Below are positions 17,936-25,849 of a DNA stretch of 49,037 nucleotides, piece by piece. The notes under the pieces are model-generated. The model ran no database searches and was not told where the DNA came from. It was given only the letters and a program-made list of their open reading frames with translations. Origin of the DNA: Chloroflexota bacterium (GTDB taxonomy: Archaea; Iainarchaeota; Iainarchaeia; Iainarchaeales; GCA-2688035); assembly GCA_017610335.1 (NCBI GenBank), contig JAFCCG010000023.1, positions 1 through 49,037 on the forward strand. Reading direction: 5' to 3'. A program made the translations under genes and the position numbers. Every line of letters starts with the position of its first letter. Positions within the stretch are counted from its first letter, which is position 1.

Positions 17936-18324
17936 AAAGCATTACAGGAAATAAAGGATACCTGATACAAAACAACACCGGGCAATTACAGTTTGAGGCA
18001 GCAGTATGCTTTGCTGTTTTTTTGGCAATACTTGGATTGTTCCTTTCAGCGGTTGGAACAGCAGGAGAACATTCAATAAATTCTGTTAATTCACTTAATG
18101 CAAAAGCCGAAGCAGAACTCTGCTGCATTATGGCTGATATAATTTATGCTTCAGGAATTTCAGAATTTTTAACAGAAATAAATTGTACCTCAAAAGGAAA
18201 TACAGCAGAAAGCGAAATTTCCGGAAAAATAAAAGGATGCGAAAGCATTGCAAAAGAAATAAGACTTGTACAAAAAGGCGAAAAAAGTGTTTTGGAGATA
18301 AACATCAATGAACATTATAGATGA
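17932..18324 (+). CDS. pilin-like protein (class III signal peptide)
   Basis: 130 aa. ...NNTGQ|LQFEAAVCFAVFLAILGLFLSAV. ATGA overlap with the upstream gene. Confidence 0.55.
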   Translation: MKSITGNKGYLIQNNTGQLQFEAAVCFAVFLAILGLFLSAVGTAGEHSINSVNSLNAKAEAELCCIMADIIYASGISEFLTEINCTSKGNTAESEISGKIKGCESIAKEIRLVQKGEKSVLEININEHYR

Positions 18325-18793
18325 GCACTATTTGAATTGCAAAAACAAAACAGACAGCACATGCAAAGGATTTGTATTTTCTCTAGACCTTGCAATTGCA
18401 TTCATTGCAATGCTGTTAATGCTTTCCTTAATGCTTTCACAACTTGAAATTTTAAAAAACAAGGAAATTGAAAATATTGAAAGAATTGAATTACAAAGAA
18501 GCGCATTTTTTGCAATTGACTCAATGATAAAAAACAGAGACGAGGAAAGACCATTGCTTGGGTTTGCATTATATGATGCGGAAAAACACCGCGTGCTGTC
18601 AAACGAAATTGATGCAATACTTTTAAAAAATACCAAACCTGTTTTGTTTGAAAATTTTTTTATAAGCAGTATTTCTGTTGCAAAAATTGAAAAAGTATTT
18701 GAAAAACCCGGAAAAAAATGCATTTCAGTTGACAGACTTGTTTTTGTAAATAGAAAAAAAGAAATACTGGAAGTGGTTGTCTGTGAAAAATAA
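18308..18793 (+). CDS. pilin-like protein (class III signal peptide)
   Basis: 161 aa. ...CKG|FVFSLDLAIAFIAMLLMLSLML. 17-nt overlap with the upstream gene. Confidence 0.55.
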   Translation: MNIIDEHYLNCKNKTDSTCKGFVFSLDLAIAFIAMLLMLSLMLSQLEILKNKEIENIERIELQRSAFFAIDSMIKNRDEERPLLGFALYDAEKHRVLSNEIDAILLKNTKPVLFENFFISSISVAKIEKVFEKPGKKCISVDRLVFVNRKKEILEVVVCEK

Positions 18794-19187
18794 CAGATGC
18801 TTGTCTGTAAAAAATGGCAGGCGGTTGTCTGTGAAAAATAATGGATTTTGGCTCAGCTTTGAAGCAATAATTTCAATGGCCTTGCTTGGAATCCTACTTT
18901 CATCACCTTTGCAGGAAAGCAGACCAGGGCTTGAAAATTTACACATTTTTAAAAAAGAAAGCGATTTACTTTTGCTTTGGACAAAAGATGACACACCTGA
19001 ATTGAAAGAAATAGCCGCAGACTTTGAACTTGCATTTCCCGAAAAATCAGGCGCTATTTATTTTGATGGAAAAAAAATCGAAATAGGAGAATTTGCAGGA
19101 AAGGCAATTTCCTCCAAAGTGATTTTCTTCAGGCAGATGCAGAAACACGAACTAAGAATTGTTGTATTCAAGAATGATTTTTCCTGA
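18777..19187 (+). CDS. pilin-like protein (class III signal peptide); start ambiguous among three repeated TTG codons
   Basis: 136 aa as tracked. ...VKNNG|FWLSFEAIISMALLGILL. TTG candidates at 18777, 18801 and 18825 lie in a 3 x 24-bp repeat. A start at 18825 would give a typical short leader, MSVKNNG. Confidence 0.55.
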   Translation: MSVKNNRCLSVKNGRRLSVKNNGFWLSFEAIISMALLGILLSSPLQESRPGLENLHIFKKESDLLLLWTKDDTPELKEIAADFELAFPEKSGAIYFDGKKIEIGEFAGKAISSKVIFFRQMQKHELRIVVFKNDFS

Positions 19188-19565
19188 AACCTTTGAAAGA
19201 AAAAAAGATGTATTGTCTGAAAGCGCTTTACTTTCAATAACCAGTTTGTTTGGGAAAAAAACCTCAAACGATTTTTCTGTTTCAGGGCCTTGTACTTTTA
19301 TTGAAAGAATTTTACCAGAAGACGAAACAATCCATTGCCCTAAAGGCTCCGCCTCCAAAATTGTTTTGCTTCCGTTTGCCTGAAAATCCATTTCATTAAC
19401 AGAATGTTGTAGCTTATTTTGGAAATATTTTGCATTTACGGAATCAAGCCCGAAAAGGCTTGCTTTGAAGGTTTGGTCAAGCAATGGAAGAAGTGCTGCA
19501 AAAACTGCAAGCACTGCAAGCAACAAAAGCAAATATTCTAAGCTAAGCTGTCCATTGCAACGCAT
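19152..19565 (-). CDS. pilin-like protein (class III signal peptide)
   Basis: I start at Met20 of the track ORF: MRCNGQ|LSLEYLLLLLAVLAVFAALL, the canonical archaeal prepilin leader plus hydrophobic helix. Confidence 0.6.
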   Translation of the reverse strand: MRCNGQLSLEYLLLLLAVLAVFAALLPLLDQTFKASLFGLDSVNAKYFQNKLQHSVNEMDFQANGSKTILEAEPLGQWIVSSSGKILSIKVQGPETEKSFEVFFPNKLVIESKALSDNTSFFLSKVSGKIILEYNNS

Positions 19566-19575
19566 TTTGAACCAA

Positions 19576-19755
19576 CTAAATATCGTCAATTTCCTGGAAA
19601 ATCTTCTTGCTTTTTTCCTCAATTACTTTTGTTCCTTCCTCACTTGTTTGTTGTAGTTGAGAAACGAGCAAAAGCACTAGAGCAACAACTGCTGCAAGCA
19701 CTATAATCAATTCCACAGAAATCTGGGCTTTTTGCCCTAAAAAATCTTTAACCAT
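19576..19755 (-). CDS. small archaeal type IV pilin (class III signal peptide)
   Basis: I start at Met8 of the track ORF: MVKDFLGQKAQ|ISVELIIVLAAVVALVLLLV. A GGGGGT SD-like motif lies about 9 nt upstream. 59 aa. Confidence 0.65.
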   Translation of the reverse strand: MVKDFLGQKAQISVELIIVLAAVVALVLLLVSQLQQTSEEGTKVIEEKSKKIFQEIDDI

Positions 19756-19861
19756 AAAAAAATACCCCCAAAGCAAAGAATAAAAAGCACAATAAAAATT
19801 CGGCGAAAGACGAAAGATGTTTGAATTACTTTAAATAGTTTTTCCATGTTTAGAAGTTATA

Positions 19862-20440
19862 ATGAAGAATACAGAAATAAAGGATATTTTGATAAGCTGG
19901 CTTACTATAAGTATTGCGTTTGCAATACTGCTAAGTCGTGACTTTTTAGACCTAATGGTATTTGTCTACGCATTTCCACTTGCATTAGTAACTGTTGGAA
20001 CAGGATTTATTTTACATGAAATGGCACACAGAGTTGTTGCAACACATTTCGGAAAAAAAGCTGAATTCAGAGCATGGACATTTGGTTTAATTTTTGCAAT
20101 TCTTTCATCCTTTGCAGGCTTTATTTTTGCAGCACCAGGAGCAGTATATATTTTTGGAAATGTTACCAGAAAACAGAACGGGATAATTTCAATTGCTGGT
20201 CCGTTAACAAACATCGGTGTAGCAATTTTCTTTGCAGTGATTGCGATTGCAAATCTAAGTGATATAACGAATGTTGCAGGTCTCATGGGTTTTCAGATAA
20301 ACATGTTCCTTGCAATGTTCAACATGATTCCCTTTGGGCCACTTGACGGGAAAAAAGTTTTTGTATGGAGCAAAACAGCTTGGGTAATAACATTTGTAAT
20401 TTCCTTTATAGGCGCATTTTTTCTCTATGGGTTTTTGTAA
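19862..20440 (+). CDS. site-2 protease family (M50) intramembrane zinc metalloprotease
   Basis: 192 aa, multi-TM. HEMAHR (HExxH) and FNMIPFGPLDG (NxxPxxxLDG). Confidence 0.8.
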   Translation: MKNTEIKDILISWLTISIAFAILLSRDFLDLMVFVYAFPLALVTVGTGFILHEMAHRVVATHFGKKAEFRAWTFGLIFAILSSFAGFIFAAPGAVYIFGNVTRKQNGIISIAGPLTNIGVAIFFAVIAIANLSDITNVAGLMGFQINMFLAMFNMIPFGPLDGKKVFVWSKTAWVITFVISFIGAFFLYGFL

Positions 20441-20457
20441 AAAAAACAGTAATTAGT

Positions 20458-23400
20458 TTACCCAACGTAACTTGGCTTGAATTCGCCCAAGTGTTCTTCA
20501 ATTTCCTCATAAGCTTCTTCAACTTTTGGGGTAATACTTGGTTTTGCCCTTGCAAGAGCTTCTTCAAAATCTTTTTTGCTTACAGGAACAGGCTTCATCT
20601 TGCTGTTTTTCAAAGCAATCAAGGCAGCTGCCCTGATAAGGCCTTCAATGTCAGCACCTGAAAAGCCGTCTGTTTTCTCAACAAGCTCTTCCAAAGAAAT
20701 ATTCTTGCCAAGCTTTACATTTTTTGTATGCACCTTGAAGATTGACATCCGCCCATTTTTGTCAGGAGCGTCAACCTTGATAAATTTGTCAATTCTTCCA
20801 GGCCTCATAATTCCGGGGTCAAGCAAGTCAGGCCTGTTGGTTGCAGCCATAAAAACAACCCCCCTGTTTTGCTCAATGCCATCAAGCTCTGTAAGCAGCT
20901 GGTTCACAACCCTTTCAGTAACATGGGAACCTGCATCCATGCCACGCCTGCTTGCAATGCTGTCAACTTCATCAAAGAAAACAATGCATGGGGCAACCTG
21001 CCTTGCCTTTCTGAAAACCTTTCTGACACCTTTTTCGCTATTGTGTGCAAAAATTCCACCAAAGCCTGCTACAAAGTTTTGGCAAGGCTCAACTGAAATG
21101 TCGTAAACATGCCCATCGTGAGGAATTTCTTTAATTTTTTTTACAGGATCCCAAAAGACATCTGCTTCAACAAGTTTCCATAAATCAGCATATTTTTGTC
21201 TGTTTAAACCAACCATGCACAATGCTTCTTTTATTTTGTTTTTTCCAACAGTATTATTTTGAGGATAACTTACAAACGCTTCATTCAGCAATGATTCGAT
21301 TTTTGGATTGACTGGAATAGCATTACTTCTTGTCCAGGCAACTTTAGTTATGTATTCTTGAATCATTAAATTTCTTTTTCTGTCAATAAAACCTGCTTGT
21401 GCAAAGCGTTTGAAGTTCTCTGCCCCAAAAATCTGCACCCTGTAACTTATTGAACCGTTCCACTCCTTTTTTTTAGAACATGACGCAACAATACCAAGTT
21501 TTAAGAGCAAATAGAGCAAATCATCAGCAAGCTGTTCACTTACAGTTGTCACTTCAATCAAATAGCTTCTTCCATTACTTGTAATGGTTCCGTCACCACT
21601 GAAATAACCTCTTAGGAAAGCATAAACCAGTTTATTTGAGGAAACAAGCAATGTGTTTGGAATTCTTTTGTTGAATGCACCGCTTGTTAAGCCGAGATAT
21701 TTAAAGAGGTCTGTTAATGTAGTGTTGTTTATTACAAGCCCTCTTTCTTTTGTTTCCGAATAATTAAAACCTAGATTGCCAAGCATTTCCTTTGACCTTT
21801 GCATAATCTCAGGATTTTGAATTGACAAACGCGGAACACCAACATTAAAATCGCCTTCAGCAACCCATAGTCCGAGCAACTCGTAAAAATCTTCTATTAG
21901 AGGGAATAAAGCAGGCAATCGATTTCTAGCATGCTTTCTAGAAATTTGTGTATTTGTCAAATCCAGCCTGGTCTTTGATTCACATAAAAGTAGGCTGAAA
22001 TTTTTTAAACTCAAAGACAAATGCTTGTAGGTGATGTCAGTTAAATACTTTGGACTGAGACCTGTTAAGGTACTAACACGCTTGTAGCCAAGTTTCTTAA
22101 TTAACTTATTAATCTGAGGAGAGCGAATAAAGAAATCCTCTCTGTGCTTAAATAACTCAAATAAATTCAAATGTTTTTTTGCAAAAGAGATGTTGGGAAT
22201 TTTTGAGGGAATTGCCAAAACACTTTTTCCTTCCACTAACTTTGAGGGAACAACTGGTTCTATCTCATTTTCAACAAGAGAAAATAAAGAATGCTTATCT
22301 GTAACCCTAATCTTTCTGCCTGTTTTTGTTGTTATTTGCAACATTTTTCCACTAAAAGAGTGTTTTATGAAATCAGTTATTTTTGAAAAAAACGCTTTTC
22401 CATCATTGTCAAAAGCAATAACCTGCAAATCTTTTTTTTCTTCAACAATTTTTCCGATTTTCTCCCTGAAAATTTTTTTGCCGTCAAAAACAAGCAATTT
22501 TTCATCAAAGGGCAACGATTCCCCAACCCACATACTTAAAAGTTCAGGCCCCTTGATTGAAATAAAATTGGATTCGCTTTCGCTTGCAACTGCCTTTGCA
22601 AGCAGTGTTTTTCCACAGCCAGGTGGGCCATGCAAGAGCACTCCTGCAGGCGGCTTTATTCCCATTTTCTTAAAGCTGTCAGGGTGCTTCAAAGGCCATT
22701 CAATTGCCTGTTTCAGTTCTTCTTTTGCATAATCAAGGTCGCCGATGTCAGACCATTTAACATTAGGAATTTCGATTGCAACCTCTCTCAAAGCGCTTGG
22801 CTGCACATCCTTCAAACCATTTATGAAATCTTTTTTGTTGACTTCAAGCGATTCAAGAATTTCCTGCGGAATTGATTCGGCTTCCAGGTCAATTTTTGGC
22901 AAATAGCGCCTTAATGCCTTCATTGCAGCCTCTTTCCCCAAGGCGGCAAGGTCTGCGCCGACAAAGCCGTGTGTTATTGATGCAAAGTGCTCAAGGTCAA
23001 CCTTGTTTGCCCCTTCTTCTGCAAGAGGCATTCCCCTTGTGTGAATCTGCAAAATTTCCTTTCTTGCCTTTTTGTTTGGAACAGGAAATTCTATTTCCCT
23101 ATCAAATCTTCCAGGTCGCCTTAATGCCTCATCAAGACTGTTTACCCTGTTGGTTGCAGCAATGACAATTACATTACCCCTTGCTTCAAGACCATCCATT
23201 AATGCAAGGATTTGTGCAACAACACGCCTTTCAACCTCGCCGACAACTGTTTCCCTTTTGGGTGCAATTGCATCAATTTCGTCAATAAAAATAATGCTTG
23301 GGGCGTTCTCCTCTGCGTCCTTAAAAATTTGCCTGATTCTTTCCTCTGCTTCTCCAACAAACTTGCTCATAATTTCCGGAGCATTAACTGATTTGAAATG

Positions 23401-24126
23401 AGCCTGTGTTTCGTGAGCAACAGCCTTTGCAAGCAAAGTCTTTCCGGTTCCAGGAGGACCATAGAGTAAAACACCTTTTGGCGGAACAATGCCAAGTTTT
23501 CTGAAAATTTCAGGATGCCTCATAGGCAACTCAATCATTTCCCTAACCTTTCGAATTGGTTCATCAAGACCACCAATATCATCATAAGAAATTCTTGGAA
23601 TTGATTCAAGCTCACCCTTAACAGGCTTTTCTTTGAGTACAATCTGCGTAAAGTCAGTTACCTTAACACAGCCCCTTGGAACAGTGTCAACAATCTTGTA
23701 AACAAAACCTGTTCCAAAAACGCTTATCCAAACACTATCTCCAAGAGTTAAAGGTCTGCCCAAAAAAGTTTTTTTAAGAATCCGGTCATAACCAGAAGCA
23801 ATAATTCTTATATCCTGGGTTGGAGCCATAACAATCTTTTTGGCTTCTTTTGGAATTCCTTTTTTTACAATAACCTTTTCTCCAAGACCTACACCAGCAT
23901 TGTGTCTTATCAGATTGTCCATTCTAATCAAAAGTCTGCCTTCATCTTCTGCCCTTGCAGGCCAGACAATCGCAGCCGTCTTGCTTTTTGGACCCTCAAT
24001 TTCAACAATATCACCGCTTGTAATTTCCAACTGCCTTTTGGTTTCTCTGTCAAGGGTAACAATGTTTCTTCCAACATGGGTTGGGTCAGGATCTGCAACT
24101 TTTAAATCAATAGTTTTTTCAGGCAT
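20458..24126 (-). CDS. cdc48: CDC48/VCP-type double AAA+ ATPase, interrupted by an intein
   Basis: 1222 aa. CDC48 N-domain; D1 GPPGTGKT / IIFIDEID; D2 GPPGCGKT ... [493-aa insert] ... IVFFDEVD. Removing the insert gives 729 aa. Confidence 0.9.
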   Translation of the reverse strand: MPEKTIDLKVADPDPTHVGRNIVTLDRETKRQLEITSGDIVEIEGPKSKTAAIVWPARAEDEGRLLIRMDNLIRHNAGVGLGEKVIVKKGIPKEAKKIVMAPTQDIRIIASGYDRILKKTFLGRPLTLGDSVWISVFGTGFVYKIVDTVPRGCVKVTDFTQIVLKEKPVKGELESIPRISYDDIGGLDEPIRKVREMIELPMRHPEIFRKLGIVPPKGVLLYGPPGTGKTLLAKAVAHETQAHFKSVNAPEIMSKFVGEAEERIRQIFKDAEENAPSIIFIDEIDAIAPKRETVVGEVERRVVAQILALMDGLEARGNVIVIAATNRVNSLDEALRRPGRFDREIEFPVPNKKARKEILQIHTRGMPLAEEGANKVDLEHFASITHGFVGADLAALGKEAAMKALRRYLPKIDLEAESIPQEILESLEVNKKDFINGLKDVQPSALREVAIEIPNVKWSDIGDLDYAKEELKQAIEWPLKHPDSFKKMGIKPPAGVLLHGPPGCGKTLLAKAVASESESNFISIKGPELLSMWVGESLPFDEKLLVFDGKKIFREKIGKIVEEKKDLQVIAFDNDGKAFFSKITDFIKHSFSGKMLQITTKTGRKIRVTDKHSLFSLVENEIEPVVPSKLVEGKSVLAIPSKIPNISFAKKHLNLFELFKHREDFFIRSPQINKLIKKLGYKRVSTLTGLSPKYLTDITYKHLSLSLKNFSLLLCESKTRLDLTNTQISRKHARNRLPALFPLIEDFYELLGLWVAEGDFNVGVPRLSIQNPEIMQRSKEMLGNLGFNYSETKERGLVINNTTLTDLFKYLGLTSGAFNKRIPNTLLVSSNKLVYAFLRGYFSGDGTITSNGRSYLIEVTTVSEQLADDLLYLLLKLGIVASCSKKKEWNGSISYRVQIFGAENFKRFAQAGFIDRKRNLMIQEYITKVAWTRSNAIPVNPKIESLLNEAFVSYPQNNTVGKNKIKEALCMVGLNRQKYADLWKLVEADVFWDPVKKIKEIPHDGHVYDISVEPCQNFVAGFGGIFAHNSEKGVRKVFRKARQVAPCIVFFDEVDSIASRRGMDAGSHVTERVVNQLLTELDGIEQNRGVVFMAATNRPDLLDPGIMRPGRIDKFIKVDAPDKNGRMSIFKVHTKNVKLGKNISLEELVEKTDGFSGADIEGLIRAAALIALKNSKMKPVPVSKKDFEEALARAKPSITPKVEEAYEEIEEHLGEFKPSYVG
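21040..22518 (-). mobile_element. intein with LAGLIDADG homing-endonuclease domain inside cdc48 (residues 537-1029)
   Basis: Junctions WVGE|[13 protein letters not shown] (block A-like, Ser1) and [23 protein letters not shown]|SEKGVR (blocks F/G, terminal HN, +1 Ser). TDKH (block B). [11 protein letters not shown] and [11 protein letters not shown] (two LAGLIDADG motifs). Confidence 0.85.
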
Positions 24127-24169
24127 TTTTACAACTCCCTATAAAGACTATATTCTGTCTAAAACAATA

Positions 24170-24982
24170 TTAAAACTCTTCCTTGATTCCAAGCAAATCA
24201 CCTGGCAAAATGGAAATTATATCATCCAATGAACCAGTTCTTTCACCTGTTTTTTTCTCAAAACGCTGTAATATTTTTTTTGCAATTGCACTTTTCTTTT
24301 CCTTTCCCCATACAATTTCAACAAAAGCAACGCAGTTCTTTTTCACAGCATCAGGAGGGCCACCCATTGCAAAAAAACCATTTTTTTCCTCCAATAAGCC
24401 CACTGCAAAACGCAAAGGCGTTTTCCTAAACCATTGCCTTTTGCCATAAATCATAAAGCCACCTGTTGAAATAGCCTCTCCACTTGGAGCCTTTTTAGAA
24501 ACCTGTTCTTTGGATGCAGCATAAACATCAACACTTGCAAGCTTTTGCTGCCACGCCTTGCTCCAAACTGCGGCAAACTGCGCAGTTTCTTCCAAAGCTT
24601 CTTTTGGAATTTTGTTCCCATCAGACTTAACAACACAAGCACTACCACCCTGAATGTCTGCATGAAGAAACAGGTCTTCTTTGTCCAAATGTTTTTTGAC
24701 AACTGTTTCATTACTCTTTGCATCCTTTCCCCCAATAACAAGAAAACCCTGACTTGAATTAAACCAGTGAAATGCTTCAAACCATTGCCTTTTCCTTTTC
24801 ATTGCAAGAGGTTTTGCTTTTGGCTTTTCCTTTACTTCCGAAGCCTTTTTTTCAAGATCAATCATTGCTTTCTTCAAGCCGATAAGTTTTTTCTTTGCAG
24901 CCTTGCTTTTTTCAAAATAGGAAGAAGCATTTTCTTCCAGACTTTTTTCAAAATCAATTTCAATATCCATGAAAAACACCAA
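24170..24982 (-). CDS. NFACT-R (DUF814) domain protein, RqcH/NEMF-like C-terminal module
   Basis: 270 aa. K-rich coiled N-terminus, then WFEAFHWFNSSQGFLVIGGKDAKSNETVVKKHLDKEDLFLHADIQGGSACVV, which is typical of DUF814. Confidence 0.6.
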   Translation of the reverse strand: MVFFMDIEIDFEKSLEENASSYFEKSKAAKKKLIGLKKAMIDLEKKASEVKEKPKAKPLAMKRKRQWFEAFHWFNSSQGFLVIGGKDAKSNETVVKKHLDKEDLFLHADIQGGSACVVKSDGNKIPKEALEETAQFAAVWSKAWQQKLASVDVYAASKEQVSKKAPSGEAISTGGFMIYGKRQWFRKTPLRFAVGLLEEKNGFFAMGGPPDAVKKNCVAFVEIVWGKEKKSAIAKKILQRFEKKTGERTGSLDDIISILPGDLLGIKEEF

Positions 24983-24984
24983 GA

Positions 24985-25521
24985 TTAGTTTTTGATTGAA
25001 TCTCTTTTTACAAGTTCTATTATTGATTCAGTCCTACTTTGGTTTTTAAAAACAGGCTCTACTGAAAAAAAACTCTGCATGTTTTTTATAAGATCATGAT
25101 ATCCCTGAATTGACATATAACGATTGCGCATACCAGAGTGATAAGATTCAACATCTTTGTAAATATGCCTGCACATCACATTCCAGTTACCAGGCCCAAT
25201 TATTGAACTTACCCAATAAGTATGAGGATCCTTTTCCAAGACATCAATAAATTTTTCAAAAGTTTTTTGCTTGCTCATGTCAACCTGTAAAAGGGTTAAG
25301 ACCTCCAAATTGTGACCAAGTTTCCTAAAATCAAGCTTTGGGCCAAAACCTTTGAGAATTTCGTTTTTTTCAAGAAACGCAAGACTGCCCTTAATTGTTG
25401 CTTTATGGTAATTTGTGTGCTTTTGAATTTGTCTGATATTTGGCTGAACAGAACTTTTTTTTAAAAGAGCTTCAAGCAAAGCAATTCTTGTGCTATCAGT
25501 CGCCTTCATCTGGTTTGACAC
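24985..25521 (-). CDS. Lrp/AsnC-like winged-helix regulator with C-terminal ligand-type domain
   Basis: 178 aa, GTG start (alternative ATG at 25509). HTH region IRQIQKHTNYHKATIKGSLAFLEKNEIL, followed by an alpha/beta domain. Confidence 0.5.
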   Translation of the reverse strand: MSNQMKATDSTRIALLEALLKKSSVQPNIRQIQKHTNYHKATIKGSLAFLEKNEILKGFGPKLDFRKLGHNLEVLTLLQVDMSKQKTFEKFIDVLEKDPHTYWVSSIIGPGNWNVMCRHIYKDVESYHSGMRNRYMSIQGYHDLIKNMQSFFSVEPVFKNQSRTESIIELVKRDSIKN

Positions 25522-25693
25522 AACAAAACACCAAATATGTATATATTAGAACATTGTTAAAAGCTTAACTATACCAAAGGGCGCAGCAAAAACCTGAGAG
25601 TTGATATATAGAATAAACGCGTATATTACATGCGAAAAATAGGAGGGGTAAACCAGAACTCGTGACACAAAAAAAATTAATTTGAAAAAAAAA

Positions 25694-25760
25694 GGTTGGG
25701 GATAGGAAAAAGGCTCACCAGGCTCAAACTGGCTCTCAAAAAAATTTTCCGATCCCCACC
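25694..25760 (-). other. candidate stem-loop followed by T-tracts (terminator or small structured RNA)
   Basis: GGTTGGGGAT (25694-25703) pairs with ATCCCCACC (25752-25760) with one bulge. On the minus strand the stem is followed by T9 and T8 runs, about 90 nt downstream of the topA stop. Confidence 0.25.
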
Positions 25761-25849
25761 ACCCTAATTTTTTAAAACAAATTTTTTACCATTATTTTTT
25801 GGCAACTGGTTTTACACCGGGTTCTTTTACTTTTTCTTCTTTTTTTGAC

